Source: Tubulanus polymorphus (Eukaryota; Animalia; Nemertea). Taken from it: DNA of 64,000 nucleotides. The DNA is taken from assembly GCF_964204645.1 (NCBI RefSeq), contig NC_134026.1, positions 14,170,150 through 14,234,149 of the forward strand, written 5' to 3'. Positions 62,082 through 64,000 of the stretch are shown here, in pieces (position 1 is the stretch's first letter; the number at the start of each line of letters is the position of its first letter). The translations under genes were made by a program, and so were the position numbers. The notes under the pieces were generated by a model, which saw nothing but the letters and a program-made list of their open reading frames with translations, was not told where the DNA came from and made no database searches.

Positions 62082-64000
62082 AGTAATTGGAAAATGAGGG
62101 TTTCATACCAGAGGTCGAGATGTCGGCACATCACTCATCACCACAAGTAATTTTTTTCCTCTAAAAAATGGGAGACAGTGAACACCAAACAGAAAACATT
62201 AATGTTAATAAAAATCAATATTTTTGTTCATATTGTAAAAAATACATCGATAAATCTCAAAAATCTCGACATGAAAAAGCTGCAAATCATAAAAAAATGT
62301 TATAGATTTCTAGACACCAGAAAATTCCAATGAAAGAAAAGAACGATTAAATGATATGAAAAAGATGAAATTAAATGTAATGTTTGTAATGAATTTATAG
62401 CAAAAAGGAATTATAAAAGACATCTCAAATCACAAAAACACAAACAAAATTTTAATAAAGATATTTTAGGAACAGAATATTTTGATGATTAACCTCAACA
62501 AGTAAAAAACCAGCTTCAAAAACTGAATCTATTTCAAATAAACCTTATATGAAAAATGTTTGAAATTATATCGATTCACTAGAAATATAAGATAAAATTG
62601 AAATTTTAGAAACATTACGCAGTAAAATTGGTCCTGCAGCTATAGTATTTAGGTTTTTAAAGGTACAACAGTAGAAGATTATAGTTAATGTATTGAAATA
62701 ATGGAAAAAATAATGGTCCTTGTAACAGATGTTGAATATCCAAAAATTAGTATTGCTGGAAAAGTAACTTTTATAAAATCAGAAGTAAAATGGAGTATAA
62801 TATTCAAACACATTCTGAAGAAATAATTTTAAAAACACAAATAAAAGAGCAATTAGAAAAAATATTTAATGAATTTAAATGTGATATTGAGGAAAGATAT
62901 TTTGAGGGTTCTGGTTTAACATTGAATGAAATTATATTTTTAGATTTAAATATTTATAATACAAAAAGGAATAAAGCATCAAAAAGTAATACAATGTTTA
63001 CAAATAATTCAAACTTTACAACAGAAAAGGATATTAAAGCATCATCTTATATTAAATTACCATTTACAACAAAGGCAGTAATAAATGTTTTAAAAATGAT
63101 AATAAACGTTTTCTATGGTCAATTATTAGTTGTTTACACCCAACAGAAGATATTACGCATAGTTTTAGAATAACAGATTATCGGAAATATGAAACATTAT
63201 ATAAAATTGATCAATATCCAGTAACCATATAAATGATTTCTAAAATAGAAAAAGTTAATAATTTAAAAATAAATGTATTCGAATTAATGCAATTACCAGG
63301 GACAAAAGGTGAAAATATTAAAGATTATACATTAGAAGCTTTATATTTAAAAGAATATTATGATGATGAAAGTGTTATAGATTTGTTATATTACAAAAAA
63401 AGATGAAAATGAACATTATGTGTGGTTAAAACAAATATATTTATTCTTTAGGACAGAAAGTTATCACCATAATAAAATTTATCTATGTAGAAAATGTTAA
63501 TCTAAATCTAGAACTGAAAATGCGTTACTAAAACATAAAGAATTATGTGATAATAAAGATTTTTGCAAATTAATAATTCCAACAGAAGAAGATTATAAAT
63601 TGAAATTTACTAATTATAAATTCAAAAATATAGTGCCATTTGTAATTTATGGGGATTTTGAATCGTTGAATAAAGAATTAACTGATCAAGATAGAAAAGA
63701 AATATATAACAAAAAGCAATTTTTAAAATCAATGGACAAAGGAAATAAATTAAATGAAAACATAATTCAAGACCCACCAATCATAAATACAATTAAAAAT
63801 GTTCATCAAAGAGCTGCTGCTTATGGAATTTATATAAAATCAAATTATCCTGAATTATATGAAAGTCAATATATTTCTTTTAGAGGTGAAGATGTAGTAA
63901 ATGAATTTTGTAATAAAATAATTGAATTAGAAAGTGATTTTGCACAATTATGATACAAAAAAAAGAATAGTTATGACAAAAGAAGATGAAATTGATTTCA
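62082..64000 (+). mobile_element. Polinton left arm: TIR (62082-~62175) and decayed pPolB 5' region
   Basis: AGTAATTGGAAAATG... is the reverse complement of the two right termini. ATG at 62168, C2H2-like fingers, then EGSGLT, ASSYIKLP, AVINV, HYVWLK, FKNIVPFVIYGDFESL, SFRGEDVV. Confidence 0.9.

Overview
AT-rich, intron-containing metazoan DNA (probably a marine invertebrate) made up almost entirely of nested, decayed mobile elements. It holds four Polinton/Maverick (adintovirus-like) pieces: two right arms (capsid-integrase-ATPase-ORFs-TIR), a left arm (TIR-pPolB) and a reversed pPolB remnant. Also present are a Gypsy/Ty3 provirus with a chromodomain integrase and a spliced F-type env, a second env fragment, three BEL/Pao remnants and a spliced Kolobok element (transposase plus a P2X7-ballast-like KolX). 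Helentron-type non-autonomous elements (HINEs), several MITEs, a Penelope RT scrap with a hammerhead-like motif and an ~8 kb 31-bp palindromic satellite with higher-order structure complete the repeats. The only recognisable host gene piece is the 5' end of P5CS (ALDH18A1). All calls come from manual reading and motif recall, not database searches. Coordinates of decayed elements are approximate.
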